Positions 1 to 10,804 of a DNA stretch of 64,000 nt are shown here, in pieces. Within the stretch, counting starts at the first letter, position 1, and each line of letters begins with the position of its first letter. The position numbers and the translations under genes were made by a program. The notes beneath the pieces are model-generated. The model worked only from the letters and a program-made list of their open reading frames with translations, made no database searches and was not told the DNA's origin. Origin of the DNA: an uncultured delta proteobacterium (lineage in GTDB: Bacteria; Myxococcota; B64-G9). Location: NCBI GenBank assembly GCA_963754925.1, contig CAVWHX010000003.1:1-64000 (forward strand). The letters run 5' to 3'.

Positions 1-2029
1 CTATCGAATTGATGACACAACGCGCATTTTGGCACAAGATAGCTGGATAGCCCTCAAACCCCAACGGAAAACCAGCCAACTCATCGAGTAGTTCAACCTC
101 GTCGGCCACCGCCCGCACCCGACCTTCAGACAACGTGAGTTTTAGTTGAATGGGATCAGCGGTCGATAGCGGCGCTACCGACAAACTATGCGAAGCGCCT
201 TCCATGTCACCGCCGCTCCGGGAGACGAAGGGGCGCTCTTTTGAGGAGACTGACAGCAGAAGCTCCAAGCCACGGCCGTCCTTTCCCACAAAACCCACCC
301 CGACTTTTTGTTGAATGCTGCCGGGGATAGCTAACCCAAGCCCACTGAGATTTTTAGTGAGGTACTCGTGCAGGCTCAGGGTACGTCCGGACTCTACCTG
401 CACGGCTGGACTTGCCGATAGCGTGACCTTGACGACTACGCCACTCGGCGGCAACGGCGTAGGTCCAAAGAGCGCCCGGGTTGGATCTGATTGACGGTAA
501 AGGATTGTTTACCTGTCTCTTGGATGAGCGCGCCCCGCGCCACCTCCCAGGTCCCGCCGATAAAGGTCGTAGGAATGGTCGATTGGGACGACGGGAGAAA
601 GTCAAAGCGCACCACCTGTCGGCCTGCCTCTCGCCGCACGGAGGCCGGCGCAAGGTATTTTACCTCACGTGGATGAACGACCTTGACACCCATGCGACCG
701 TCATCGCGCACCAGCACCAGATCGCCGAGGTCGTTGTGCATATCGCTGTACAGCAACAGAAAGGCGACGATATGCCGATGGCTATCACCACGGCGGTTGC
801 AACGATTAGCCGAACTGGATGGGAAAAACGAAAGCGGTCGAACCATCGAGCGGTTGGCCGAAGGACCGGTTCAGGCTGGTCGCCCTCGAAATGGTTCGCC
901 CCGTCCGCAGCAACGGGCGGCCGATGGTCCGGCGGCGACGCTTCGGCGCGCCGGGGCGCATCCGCAAGGCGGGTTGCCGCCGCCGCTTCACCCCGTCGTT
1001 GGCGTAGGTTTTCCAGTGCGACCGCCACCAACTCGGCCTTCTGGGGCCGGCGCTCAACATCTTGCTCCAACATTTTCAGCACCAGCGCGTCCATCCGCTC
1101 GTCGACGTCTTTTCGGCGCTTGGAAGGCGGGTCGAAACGCCCGAGCGGCAGCTCGCCCAGGAGGGCCCGTACATCATCACCCCAATCGAGTAAATATCGG
1201 CGCGGTGGTCGACGTGCTTGGCGTCCCGGTGTTGTTCCGGGGCCATGTAATTGACCGTTCCCATGCTCACCTGGGTTCGGGTGAGCTCCCACCGCCTATC
1301 CGCGGTCAGGATATTGGCCAGGCCAAAATCGGCCACCTTCATGACCCCTTCGCGGTTGAAGAGAATATTCTCCGGCTTGAGGTCGCGGTGGATCAGCCCG
1401 TGCTTGTGGGCGTGATCCAGCGCCCGACAGAGCGGCGCAAAGATATCGATGATGTCCGGAATCGGCATTGGGCCGCGTTGAATTTTATGTCGCAGGGAAA
1501 TGTCGTCGACGTATTCCATTACAAAAAAGAACGTCTTATTGGTGCGACCACGGTCGATGATCGAGGTGATGTTTGGATGGTTGAGGGTGGCCAGCGAGGC
1601 GGTCTCCTTCTCGAAGCGCTTGATGAAGCTCTTGTGTTGGGCCAGATCCTCATTGAGAACCTTGATGGCCACCACCCGATTGAGCGACAGTTGCTTGGCT
1701 CGGTAAACCTTACCCATACCGCCCTTGCCGATCACTTCGTAGAGCTGATAACCGGGAACCGCGGGGATCTCATCGTCGGCGGTGGTTTCGGTTTGCTGGG
1801 TGGAGGTCGGCGCCTTCGGCGTCACGCTGGGCGAATGCTGCCCTGGTTTCTGCAGAGCCTGGAAGCGCTCCCGATGGGTCATCTCAACGCCCGTGCCTTC
1901 AACAATCATTGAGTCGGGACGTTGAACCTCAAAGGGCACTCCGCATGCCGAGCACCGCACGCGCTGACCGCTCACGAAAATACTCACATCCAAGAGCACG
2001 CCGCAGGCTGGACAGTTCTGTTTTGGCAT
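1..2029 (-). CDS. Membrane Ser/Thr protein kinase with N-terminal Zn-ribbon, TM helix and extracytoplasmic C-terminus; three apparent frameshifts; runs off the window start
   Basis: ORF 1076..2029 has CPAC/CSAC, GKGGMG, VAIK, HRDLKPEN, DFG and APE. The kinase C-lobe and TM continue in the 660..1292 frame (shift ~1168), then in the 436..846 frame (shift ~765). A third frame is open from ~500 to position 1 (YRQSDPTRALFGP...GGDMEGASHSL...). Confidence 0.8.
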
Positions 2030-2186
2030 AACGCCGGGCGATTCCTCCCTGACCTGTGCTTATACCAAAATGAACAGCGTGACGCTAGTGGTTCCGGAAA
2101 CGATGAGTCTCCCCTCTCCCGATATCGAGGATGTTGCAGGAATCTCCAGGAGCCCGTTCGCGAGTGTTGCTCGCGTTACGAGCGCC

Positions 2187-2216
2187 TGTAAGGGCGTATG
2201 GCCATACGCCCCTACA
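2187..2216. repeat. REP-like palindrome
   Basis: TGTAAGGGCGTATGGCCATACGCCCCTACA is a near-perfect intergenic hairpin resembling GTAG-type REPs. Confidence 0.6.
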
Positions 2217-2245
2217 TAACTTCTGAACCCCCAGCCAAGCCCACA

Positions 2246-2288
2246 GGATAAGAGACTCTAACTCACTTCGTTCGTAAGAGTCTCTAAC
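2246..2288 (+). repeat. Dispersed hairpin element, copy 1
   Basis: GGATA-AGAGACTCT-AACTCACTTCGTTCGTA-AGAGTCTCT-AAC; related copies at 3146, 13344 and 25691-25960. Confidence 0.8.
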
Positions 2289-2325
2289 CGCACAGCGCTT
2301 TCACGGGGGGGACGTGATGTAAACC

Positions 2326-2658
2326 TTAACCTTTTTTGTCTTCTTTGCTTTCGGTTGGCTCTGAGCGATACTCGATAGGCATCGGGCCCGGCATGGGCAC
2401 CGGATCTTTTTGATCCGTGGCGTTTTTAGGTTCTGGCAACTGTTCGGTCAGATGACGCAGCGGCCTCAATCTGACATCTTCCAACTCGCTCTTGATCTGA
2501 TCCAAATTGATTTCACGTTTGAGCTCGTCGGTCACTTGCCGTAACTTGGCCAGGTTGCGGCCCAGTTGCCGGGCAACCTCGGGCAGCTTGGTCGGACCGA
2601 GCACGATAAGCGCCAGCAGCAAAATCAATATTAATTCCCAAGTGCCAATTCCAAACAT
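2326..2658 (-). CDS. tatB: Twin-arginine translocase subunit TatB
   Basis: MFGIGTWELILILLLALIVLGPTKLPEVAR is the TatB N-terminal signature. Confidence 0.85.
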   Translation of the reverse strand: MFGIGTWELILILLLALIVLGPTKLPEVARQLGRNLAKLRQVTDELKREINLDQIKSELEDVRLRPLRHLTEQLPEPKNATDQKDPVPMPGPMPIEYRSEPTESKEDKKG

Positions 2659-2790
2659 GCTACCACACCCCGATCTCTCGGAACGAGTGAGAGCGCACCA
2701 ACCACATCATACCACCCGCGCTACCATAATGGTAGTCTACCACTTTCTGGCTATGCCGCGGAAAGATTTCCAAATCGAGCGTGATTGGCT

Positions 2791-3072
2791 CTAGTGGTGC
2801 TCAGTCTTCGATTTTGAATCCTCATTGGTTTTCAAGGAAGAATTTTCCTTCGGCGGGGAGAGTCGATCGCGGTCGGTCGAACCATCGACCTGATGCGCCT
2901 GTCCGGGTTCCTCCGACGACTCATCATGGTAGGCTTTCTTGAAGTTGCGGATGGATCGACCGAGCGCATCCCCGAGTTGTGGCAATTTCCCCACACCGAA
3001 GATCACGATCACAATGAGTAGAACGAGAACCAGCTCCCATATCCCAAAGGCTGCAAGTTTCAACGCCGACAT
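2791..3072 (-). CDS. tatA: Twin-arginine translocase subunit TatA/E
   Basis: GIWELVLVLLIVIVIFGVGKLPQLGDALGRSIRNFKK signature; GGAG RBS upstream. Confidence 0.9.
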   Translation of the reverse strand: MSALKLAAFGIWELVLVLLIVIVIFGVGKLPQLGDALGRSIRNFKKAYHDESSEEPGQAHQVDGSTDRDRLSPPKENSSLKTNEDSKSKTEHH

Positions 3073-3145
3073 GTTTTGGTACTCCCTGGGGCAATGATTG
3101 TACGCCCCTCACAGAAACGTTACCCCCCTCTGGCTCCTCCCGAGG

Positions 3146-3190
3146 GGATAAGAGACAGTAAGCTCACTGCGTTCGCTAACTGTCTCTAAC
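3146..3190 (+). repeat. Dispersed hairpin element, copy 2
   Basis: GGATA-AGAGACAGT-AAGCTCACTGCGTTCGCTA-ACTGTCTCT-AAC; overlaps the stop codon (3186-3188) of the CheX-domain gene. Confidence 0.8.
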
Positions 3191-4055
3191 TATTCGGTAT
3201 CAAAAACCGAAGGTCCATCGCTCCTTGCGACACATTAACGGGAAATACGAGCACTGAAAACCCATCGGTTGCAACCGGCACTGCCGCCAATACTTCCGGC
3301 AATCCCAGCGTTAATCTAACTCCCCGCCTCGCAAGTTTGGCCACCACGTTGCCGCAAACAACATTACAGAATTCTTTAACCGAGTCTTCAATCACCTCCT
3401 GGGGTTCGTTCTTGATATCCTCACCCAGCAAACGAGAGGCTATTATAATAGCTAAATCGTCCGAGACACTCAATACAAAGTTAATCGGAATGTTCCCCTT
3501 AAGCGGCACGGAAACCGACAGATGATAGAAACTGGGTTCCTGTTGGCCGGCGGCGTTGAATATACCCTCTCCTATTTTCAAACCTATCCCAACCATGCGT
3601 AAAAACATCTTTCCGGTGAGTTCCAGACAAATCGGCACCAATTCCTCTCCGATAATTTCCCCTTGCGCCATTAAGTCGTCCAACCCGTAGGGCGCTTGCT
3701 CCTCGCGGAAGATGGACAGCTCGCGGTCCATAACGTCTTCGGTTACGTGCCCCAGCTCGAGCAAGGCCTCCCCCAGATACAGGTAGTTGTTCTTTTGATA
3801 CGTTATAATTTCTTGAGCCTGATCCGGGGAAAGTAAGCCAAGCATGACGGCGATGTCGCCGAAGCGCATATCTTCATTGCGCTGATAGTCATTGATTACT
3901 TTTACATCCTCCTCGGTCAGATACCCCTTTCGTACCGCCAGGCTCCCGAACTTCAGATTTCGGTACTCCTGCAGCTCAAGGGCTTCGAGAAGCTGCTCTC
4001 GAGTAATTACCCAGCGCTCGATCAAGAATTCCCCAAAAAACTGGATTCCGCCCAC
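3186..4055 (-). CDS. CheX-like phosphatase domain protein with N-terminal MshEN-like repeats
   Basis: C-terminal CheX motif DSVKEFCNVVCGN and four (F/L)Gxxx(L/I/V)xxG-type repeats. GTG start at 4055 lies just after the response-regulator stop (track start 4130 overlaps that gene). Confidence 0.7.
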   Translation of the reverse strand: MGGIQFFGEFLIERWVITREQLLEALELQEYRNLKFGSLAVRKGYLTEEDVKVINDYQRNEDMRFGDIAVMLGLLSPDQAQEIITYQKNNYLYLGEALLELGHVTEDVMDRELSIFREEQAPYGLDDLMAQGEIIGEELVPICLELTGKMFLRMVGIGLKIGEGIFNAAGQQEPSFYHLSVSVPLKGNIPINFVLSVSDDLAIIIASRLLGEDIKNEPQEVIEDSVKEFCNVVCGNVVAKLARRGVRLTLGLPEVLAAVPVATDGFSVLVFPVNVSQGAMDLRFLIPNS

Positions 4056-4059
4056 GTGG

Positions 4060-4434
4060 TCACCCCTGAGTAAACAAGTTCTCAAGGACCGTTCGTATCC
4101 GGTCAGGTTCGAACGGTTTGGAGATAACATTACGCGCTCCCAATTTTAGTGCTTCCTGCGCTTTATCACCGACGGCGCCCAGCGATGAAATCATGACTAC
4201 CCGCGCCTTCGCGTCAAGTCGCAAGATGGTGCGTAAGCTTTGAATGCCATCCATGAGCGGCATGTTGATATCCATCAGCACCGCATCCGGTTTGAGGCTT
4301 TGAAAAAGCTTTACGGCCTCGGCCCCATTCTTGGCTTGGCCGACTATCTGATATTCGCCGATTTCCTCGATCACCTTAGTTAACTGCCGGCTGATGACCA
4401 GACTATCGTCTGCAATCACTATGGTTCGGCTCAT
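4060..4434 (-). CDS. CheY-like single-domain response regulator
   Basis: IADD, LMDINMPLMDG, SS and KPF receiver motifs. Confidence 0.9.
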   Translation of the reverse strand: MSRTIVIADDSLVISRQLTKVIEEIGEYQIVGQAKNGAEAVKLFQSLKPDAVLMDINMPLMDGIQSLRTILRLDAKARVVMISSLGAVGDKAQEALKLGARNVISKPFEPDRIRTVLENLFTQG

Positions 4435-4604
4435 CCAATCCTCCCGCGATAGGTGCCCGGTACCCCGGTACCGCTGGACCCATCAAGCATGGTAGGTCAA
4501 TGACGATTTCAAATCTTATGTTGCCACGCAATCCGAGTCAAATCTTAGGCCCAAAAACCATTAAGCTTGTCGATACGGCGGAATAACCATATTCTCCTGA
4601 TACC

Positions 4605-6191
4605 ATGGCAGGTGCTCAACAGAACGAATTCATCCTGCGTTCGGTACGCATGCCGATCGACGAATACGATCGCCACCCCGTCGAGTTGGCCGCGCGCCAC
4701 CTCGGTTGTGAACGCTCCCGCATCTTAACGGCTAGCGTAATGCGCCGCGCGCTCGATGTTCGTCACAAAAAACCGCACGCTGAACTCACCCTGCGCGTAA
4801 CGCTTTCAGACGAGCGCGGACCGATCCCGCCGGGGCTTATCCCCGCGCCTCCCCCGCCTGTTCTGCCGCCGCCGCCCGTCGTCGTGCGACCGCTGCCCGA
4901 GGTGGCGGTGGTCGGTACCGGACCTGCCGGGCTTTTTGCGGCGCACCGCCTCTGCGCGGCCGGCATCCGGCCTGTCATCCTCGAACGGGGACCCGCTTTG
5001 CCGGCCCGGCATGAATGTATCCGCGGTCTGCTGACGAACGGAGATCTCGCACCCGAGGGCAATTTTCATTTCGGCCTCGGCGGCGCGGGCACCTATTCTG
5101 ACGGGAAACTTTTCACGCGTTTGCGGGGACCCGCCATCCGCCACGTCCTCGAAGTGCTGCATGCGTACGGAGCCGGGAACGAGAATGAGATACTCGTCGA
5201 TGCCCATCCGCACGTCGGCACCGACCGCTGGCCGGGGGTCCTGGAACGTTTCCGTGCTGCGCTCGAGTCACAGGGTTGCCGGTTCCTCTTCAACACCCGC
5301 GTGACGGGCGTTGACCTACGGGAAGGACGCTTGGTAGGCGTGAAGCTCGCCGCGGGCGTAATCGCCTGCCAAGCAGCCATTTTGGCGCCGGGAAACAGCG
5401 CGCGCGATCTCTTCGAATCATTGATACACGCGGGGATCGCGGCGCAGGCTAAACCGTTCGCCGTCGGCGTGCGCATCGTCCATCCACAGAACCTCATCGA
5501 CCGCATCCAGTACGGCGCCTACGCCGGCCACCCGGCCCTGCCCCCGGCGTGCTATCGTTTGGCTGGCACCTTTGCCGGCCGCGGGGTGTTTTCATTTTGC
5601 ATGTGCCCCGGCGGCCAGGTCATTCCCACGCCAACCGAAACCGAGCGACTGTGCCTGAACGGCATGAGCAATGCAAAGCGCGATTCGGGTCAAGCCAACG
5701 CGGCCTTTGTGGTGGCCGTCTCTCCGGCCGACCTGGGAGGCGACGATGCGCTCACGGGGGTGCGCTTCCAACGCACCCTGGAGGAAGCCGCATACCGCGC
5801 CGGCGGCGGCGGCTATCGGGCGCCGGCACAGCGCCTCCGCGATTTCTTGGGTCACCGGGCGCCGAGCGGATTGCCGCCCACCAATTATCGTCCCGGCGTA
5901 CGATCAGCCGATCTCGGCGTGCTCCTGCCGCCATGGGTAGCGGCACCGTTGCGCCAGGGATTGGCCTCATTCTGTCAAAAGCTTCCCGGCTTCGATGGCC
6001 CCGACGCCGTCGTCCTCGGCTTTGAATCCCGCACCAGCAGCCCCCTGAGGATCCTGCGGGGCAACGACCGCATGAGCCTGTCTGTGGCTGGCTTGTTTCC
6101 TGCCGGGGAAGGCGCCGGGTACGCCGGCGGGATAACCTCGTCGGCAATCGACGGTCTGCATGCGGCCGACGATCTCATACGGTATCTTTAA
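4605..6191 (+). CDS. FAD/NAD(P)-dependent oxidoreductase (uncharacterised FAD-dependent dehydrogenase family)
   Basis: GTGPAG, FGLGGAGTYSDGKL, SFCMCPGG, ESRTSSP, GEGAGYAGGI. Confidence 0.85.
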   Translation: MAGAQQNEFILRSVRMPIDEYDRHPVELAARHLGCERSRILTASVMRRALDVRHKKPHAELTLRVTLSDERGPIPPGLIPAPPPPVLPPPPVVVRPLPEVAVVGTGPAGLFAAHRLCAAGIRPVILERGPALPARHECIRGLLTNGDLAPEGNFHFGLGGAGTYSDGKLFTRLRGPAIRHVLEVLHAYGAGNENEILVDAHPHVGTDRWPGVLERFRAALESQGCRFLFNTRVTGVDLREGRLVGVKLAAGVIACQAAILAPGNSARDLFESLIHAGIAAQAKPFAVGVRIVHPQNLIDRIQYGAYAGHPALPPACYRLAGTFAGRGVFSFCMCPGGQVIPTPTETERLCLNGMSNAKRDSGQANAAFVVAVSPADLGGDDALTGVRFQRTLEEAAYRAGGGGYRAPAQRLRDFLGHRAPSGLPPTNYRPGVRSADLGVLLPPWVAAPLRQGLASFCQKLPGFDGPDAVVLGFESRTSSPLRILRGNDRMSLSVAGLFPAGEGAGYAGGITSSAIDGLHAADDLIRYL

Positions 6192-6197
6192 CCGAGG

Positions 6198-8376
6198 CTA
6201 ATCCACAGCCTTCCGCGCCGGCAGAACTTCCAGCATGCGGGCAAGGTCTGTTTCGCGCATGCCCAGGTGCCAACTGATCAGATGATCTAAAACCGCTTCT
6301 AAGAATCTCTGGCGCCGTTCCTGTCTCTCGGCAACCCGCAACCAGGCAACCCGTCCGATCAACCGGGCCACCGACTGATCGTCCCGCGGCGGAACTCCCG
6401 CGCCCTCAACGATGCGCCCGACGACGTCGAGAAGCGACTCCGGCGACGACCGAATCACGTCCTGCGCGTGATCGAGGAAATCGGCGACGTGTGATGGCGA
6501 ACAGCCGTCCGTTAGACTCGGCAGCGGAAGGGCGCGCACCTCGTACAAATTGATATTGTGGTTAGAGGACGTCAGCCGAAAACGCCATTCTAAGACGGTT
6601 GCGTTGAGCAGCCCCAAGAGATAACCGCACAGCTCTTCTTCCGGGAAGCCTGCGCGGGGACGAGCAACCCAGTAGTTGACGGAGTTTCCCAGATAGACAC
6701 CAGGAGGGGCGATCGCCGCGACCAGACGCCTGCCTGCTTCCAGATTGATGATCCCGGTTTGAACCACGCGGTGCGATCGCACATCCTGAATGAACCGTCC
6801 GGCGTGTCGTTCCTGGGTAAAGCCGCTGGCATCGATCCAGCGCTCGTGCGGATCCTGCTCGGCAAGCTCCACCCGAAAAGGCGAAAGGTGCGCTCCCCGC
6901 ACCAATAGCGCCAGGCCATTGCCCGGCGCGCTTCTCAGGTGTTTTCGATAGAACGTTTGGTCCACCTCTCCCACCCGTCCCTCGGCTAACTGATCCATAC
7001 GTGAGGAATTGATCGCATGCATCCGTTCGGCTAATTCCAGCGTATCTGCCGCCGCAACCGGAATTGGCAACCCAACGGGATCCAGCGCCGCTAACTGAGC
7101 GAGGGTTAGACGCACCGGCGCCGTGCCGGCATCGTCGCTGGCGGCTACGTTAACCGCCACCGTTGCCGTGCGCCGTGAGCCTTTATGAACCTTTAGAAGG
7201 ATTACCGCCTGGCCGACCCGAGAAAAGACCCGAGAGCTTTCGGGGTATGCTTCCACCCTCTCGAGCCAACCGAGACGGAGCACGTGGGCGCGTAGGTTTT
7301 GAGCATTTCGATCCGTCAAAAACGAGTACGGCATGATAATCGCCAGGTGGCCGTCCAGCGCCAGCACTTCCAGGGCGCGCTCAAGGAACAGCCGGGAGGT
7401 GTTGATAGTGCCGCCAAACGCTAACTTGTATCCGCTGCGTCGAATGCGCTCGCTGTATCGGCGAAGCTCCGGTCGGGTCTTGAATCCGGTCAAAACCTCG
7501 AACGGCGGGTTGCTGACGACCACCGTAAATCCCCCGGCAGAAAGCTCCCCGGCATAAATCTGCTCCCATTGAAAAGCATCTCGCTGGTCTTCATGGCGCA
7601 CCGGACCGGCGATGGCGTCGCCGGCCACCACCGCCTGCGTCAAACCTTCCACGGGCCCCTGGAGGGGATCGGCAAGGAGCCACAAGTTGGTCCGGGTCAG
7701 CGCAACAGAGAGCGGATCGCAGTCGATGCCCCGGATGCTTTTGGCGATCAGCCGGCGCGTCAGGGCAACGCGGTCAAGGGTAAGCTGTCTGGGCAAAAGA
7801 TGTTTGAGGCAGGCCAGAAGCAGCCGGCCGCTGCCGCAGGCCGGATCAAGAATCGTCAGATACCGGTCGAGTGGATTAATCGCGCCTGCTTTGGTCAGCG
7901 ATCCGAGGGCTCGATCGGCGAGACGCTCGGCCAGCCAGTGAGGGGTAAAGAACAACCCCCGCTCCCGGCGACCGCGAAGGTTAGAGGTCACCCCAAGCCG
8001 GTCAGGGGACCGAAACTGTACCGAAAACTCGGTGAGCCGCTGGTAGAGCTCCCCGAGGTCGCCGCGCACGTCGGTAGGTACGCTCGCGACCACGGCCAGT
8101 AGCTCAGAAGGCGTATCCCCGACCTCCGGGTCAAGTTCCGGAGCAAGCAAGGGGCAACCGAGCATCGTACCTTGGGACCAGGACAGCTGCAACGACTCCA
8201 AGAGGGCCTTGCGCAGGATTGCCACGCGGGTGATTCGGTCGAGCGTCTCGACCGGCCAGTCCGGGTGCCGGCCATGGAGGGCGCTGGCCGAGGTTAAGAA
8301 AGGCGGACGCTACCGGATCATGAGCACCGTGGCGGCCGTCGTCTATCGCTCGACGGTGGGTAGTTCGGCTGAGCAT
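6198..8376 (-). CDS. Amino (N6-adenine-type) DNA methyltransferase, Eco57I/TaqI-like; probable 5' frameshift ~8280
   Basis: Motif I ILDPACGSG precedes motif IV SNPPF, with a C-terminal TRD-like region. The frame stays open upstream of 8225 and plausibly joins the ATG at 8376 via one indel. Confidence 0.75.
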
Positions 8377-8464
8377 AGGGTCGTTCCATTTCTCGGCTCG
8401 AGTTTCTCAAGAAGACGTTACCATCAAATTTTTCAAGTTGAAACATTGGCTGGGGACCCGTATC

Positions 8465-10003
8465 ATGGCAGGCATGGAAACATCGCGGCGCTATTTGAAA
8501 TTGCGATCCATCACCATGCTGCGGGATGTTATGCGCAAGTGGTGGCAGACGGATTTGTATTTCGCCGACGCCTCCGGTTGGTGTCCTGAGTTTGATTCGG
8601 GCAGCGTGCTTCCCTCGGGTAACGATTTCTGTCGGGCGCTCCTCTCCGCTTCTGAAGGCCGGCACCAGTGCGCCCGGAGCGTTCGTGAGCTCAGTCAGCA
8701 CCTCCGCCGCAGTAAGGAACGCGCGCCGGTGAGCCACACCTGCCACCTGGGGTTTAGTATGGTAGCCAGCCGAGCGCAGGCGGGGAACCACACCCTGGGC
8801 TTTGCCTTTTGCTGCGGTTTCTTATCTCGCGAGTTGAGCCGCACCCGCATCCTGCGTTTGCGCGCGGCGGTGATCGAATTGTTGCTCGAAAAAGCGTCGC
8901 TCGAGGGCGAACGTGTCCCGCTCATCAGTCACGAGGACATCGAGCGGCTCAAAGACCTGCTGGGCTTTTGCGCCGGCGAGGCCGCCCTCTTTGAGCGCGA
9001 GCTGACCGAGCACGCATCCAGCGCATCCCGATCGGGAGCAGACTTTGAAACCCTCGTCTCGCATTCGCCTCCGATGCAAACGTTACTCCCGCTGTTAAGA
9101 CAGGAAGCGATGCTCTCCACGCCGCTGCTATTGGTCGGCGAGCCGGGTTGCGGGAAACGCACGATAGCGCAGGCCGTGCACCGAGCGGGCCCGCGCCGCG
9201 CGTTTCCATTTTTAGAACTTACCGCGAGCCCCGATCCCGCCGCAGCGGAGCTGCAGCTCTTCGGTCAAGCGCGCGGCGGTTCCTTGACCCGGATAGGACT
9301 GTGCGAACGTGCGGCTGGGGGGACCTTGTTCCTTTCCGGAGAAGCGTTGGAATCGCCGACCCTCCAAGTGAAGCTCCAGCGCCTGATGCAGGAAGGTACC
9401 ATCGTGCCGAACGGCGCCGGGCGGCCGGTCGAGGTTGACGTGCGGTTGATCTGGGGGTTACGCGAGGATCCCAACACCTTGGTGGCAACTCGGCGTTTTC
9501 GACCGGACGTGGCCGAATTACTCGATGGCCATCGACTGGCCATACCGCCGCTGCGCGAGCGCGCCGAGGACCTGTCCGCGCTCATCGATATGCTGCTTAG
9601 GCATCTGTCCGGCGGCAGACGACCGACCGTGACCGTGCATCCCGACACGCGTGCGCTCTTCGGGCGGTATGATTGGCCGGGCAACGGCCGCGAGCTGGAA
9701 GATGAATTGCGCCGGTTACTGAGCTTGAACGGTCGCGAAGGCCAGCTGCTCCCGGAACGAGTCGGCACGCGCATCCGCCTCTCCTCCGGCAATGGTCCAC
9801 CGATCATGGCTCAAGCGCTGCAGGGAATCCCCCGCTTGCGCGAAGCAACCATACGTCTCGAGCGCGAAATAATCCACGAGGGTTTGATCCGCACCCACGG
9901 GAATAAGTCCCTGCTCGCCCGCCAACTCGGCATCAGCCGATCAAGTCTGCTCGCCAAGATGGCCGAGTACGGACTTCCCCGGATGCCCGAACCTGACGAT
10001 TGA
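8465..10003 (+). CDS. PocR-sensor / sigma54-activator-like AAA+ / Fis-HTH regulator with degenerate motifs
   Basis: PocR-like Cys pattern (NDFC, HQC, HTCHLG), GEPGCGK, PPLRER, WPGNGREL and GNKSLLARQLGISRS; GAFTGA is absent. Confidence 0.8.
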   Translation: MAGMETSRRYLKLRSITMLRDVMRKWWQTDLYFADASGWCPEFDSGSVLPSGNDFCRALLSASEGRHQCARSVRELSQHLRRSKERAPVSHTCHLGFSMVASRAQAGNHTLGFAFCCGFLSRELSRTRILRLRAAVIELLLEKASLEGERVPLISHEDIERLKDLLGFCAGEAALFERELTEHASSASRSGADFETLVSHSPPMQTLLPLLRQEAMLSTPLLLVGEPGCGKRTIAQAVHRAGPRRAFPFLELTASPDPAAAELQLFGQARGGSLTRIGLCERAAGGTLFLSGEALESPTLQVKLQRLMQEGTIVPNGAGRPVEVDVRLIWGLREDPNTLVATRRFRPDVAELLDGHRLAIPPLRERAEDLSALIDMLLRHLSGGRRPTVTVHPDTRALFGRYDWPGNGRELEDELRRLLSLNGREGQLLPERVGTRIRLSSGNGPPIMAQALQGIPRLREATIRLEREIIHEGLIRTHGNKSLLARQLGISRSSLLAKMAEYGLPRMPEPDD

Positions 10004-10058
10004 CGCGTTATCCCCCCGGAGCAATGATCGGTAGCGGTTTAAGTATTGCGGCGCGGCG

Positions 10059-10630
10059 CTACTTCTTGTTGCAACTCTTAAGAACGCCTTCCTTGAGCCC
10101 GCTGCAGCAGGTGTTCGTACCGAGGTAAATATCCCACAAGACCAGTTGAAAATCTTTGCCGGCGAACGTTTCGCCCATCTGTTTGCCGTTCTGCTTAAAC
10201 GTGGTCCCGACGCCGGGGACATATGAAAATTCTATATTGGTTCCCTCTTTGCACTCATCTTTAAAATCGGACATGAGATCTTGTTGCTGCTTCTTGAGTT
10301 CGTCCGAGGCATCCTTGGGCATGTGATCTTTAAATGCCTCGCCAGAGTTTCGGCCATTTTCTGAGCCGAGACGCTGCGCAACATATCGATGCGCATGTAT
10401 TTGACCTCTTCGTCTTTGATCAGCGCGGTGGTGTCACACGAGCCGCTTTCAGAATAGACGCCCATGGTGTAAACATCAAAAAACCATTTTTTGCGGAGCC
10501 CGGCTCCAACGAGATTAAGGGTCTTATCCTCGACCGTAATCGTCGGCTGATAGTTCTTTCCTTCGACCGTAAGCGCCAGCGCCGGCACCGCAAGCATCAT
10601 CAGCGCACCAACGAGCAATGCTTGTTTCAT
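10059..10630 (-). CDS. Secreted chalcone-isomerase-like fold protein; frameshift ~10340
   Basis: Signal peptide and LVGAGLRKKWFFDVY motif. One added G joins KMAETL to GEAFKDHMPKD...DFQLVLWDIYLG. Confidence 0.75.
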
Positions 10631-10804
10631 AGATCGCCTCCTTTGAAAGAAAAATATATCATTTAGACAGGGTGTCAGCTTAACTAGGTTCCGCGCCGGT
10701 TGTCAAAAGATCTCTGCGGCACTTGAAAACGGCACAGCGATTTGGTATCCCCATCTCACCACGTATGGTATGACTAACGGCGGTTGAAACCACATGGAGC
10801 GGAT

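Noticed and set aside
1..205. Separate gene starting MEGASHSL
   Set aside because: The frame is open upstream to ~500, so it is better explained as the C-terminus of the frameshifted kinase.
320..410. Structured RNA (GTGCAGG...CCTGCAC hairpin)
   Set aside because: It lies inside the reconstructed kinase coding frame and matches no RNA family I recognise.
481..1912. Long plus-strand ORFs 481..1254 and 683..1912, and similar shadows such as 22345..23346 and 27872..28636
   Set aside because: They are antisense shadows of well-supported genes in GC-rich DNA and have no motifs.
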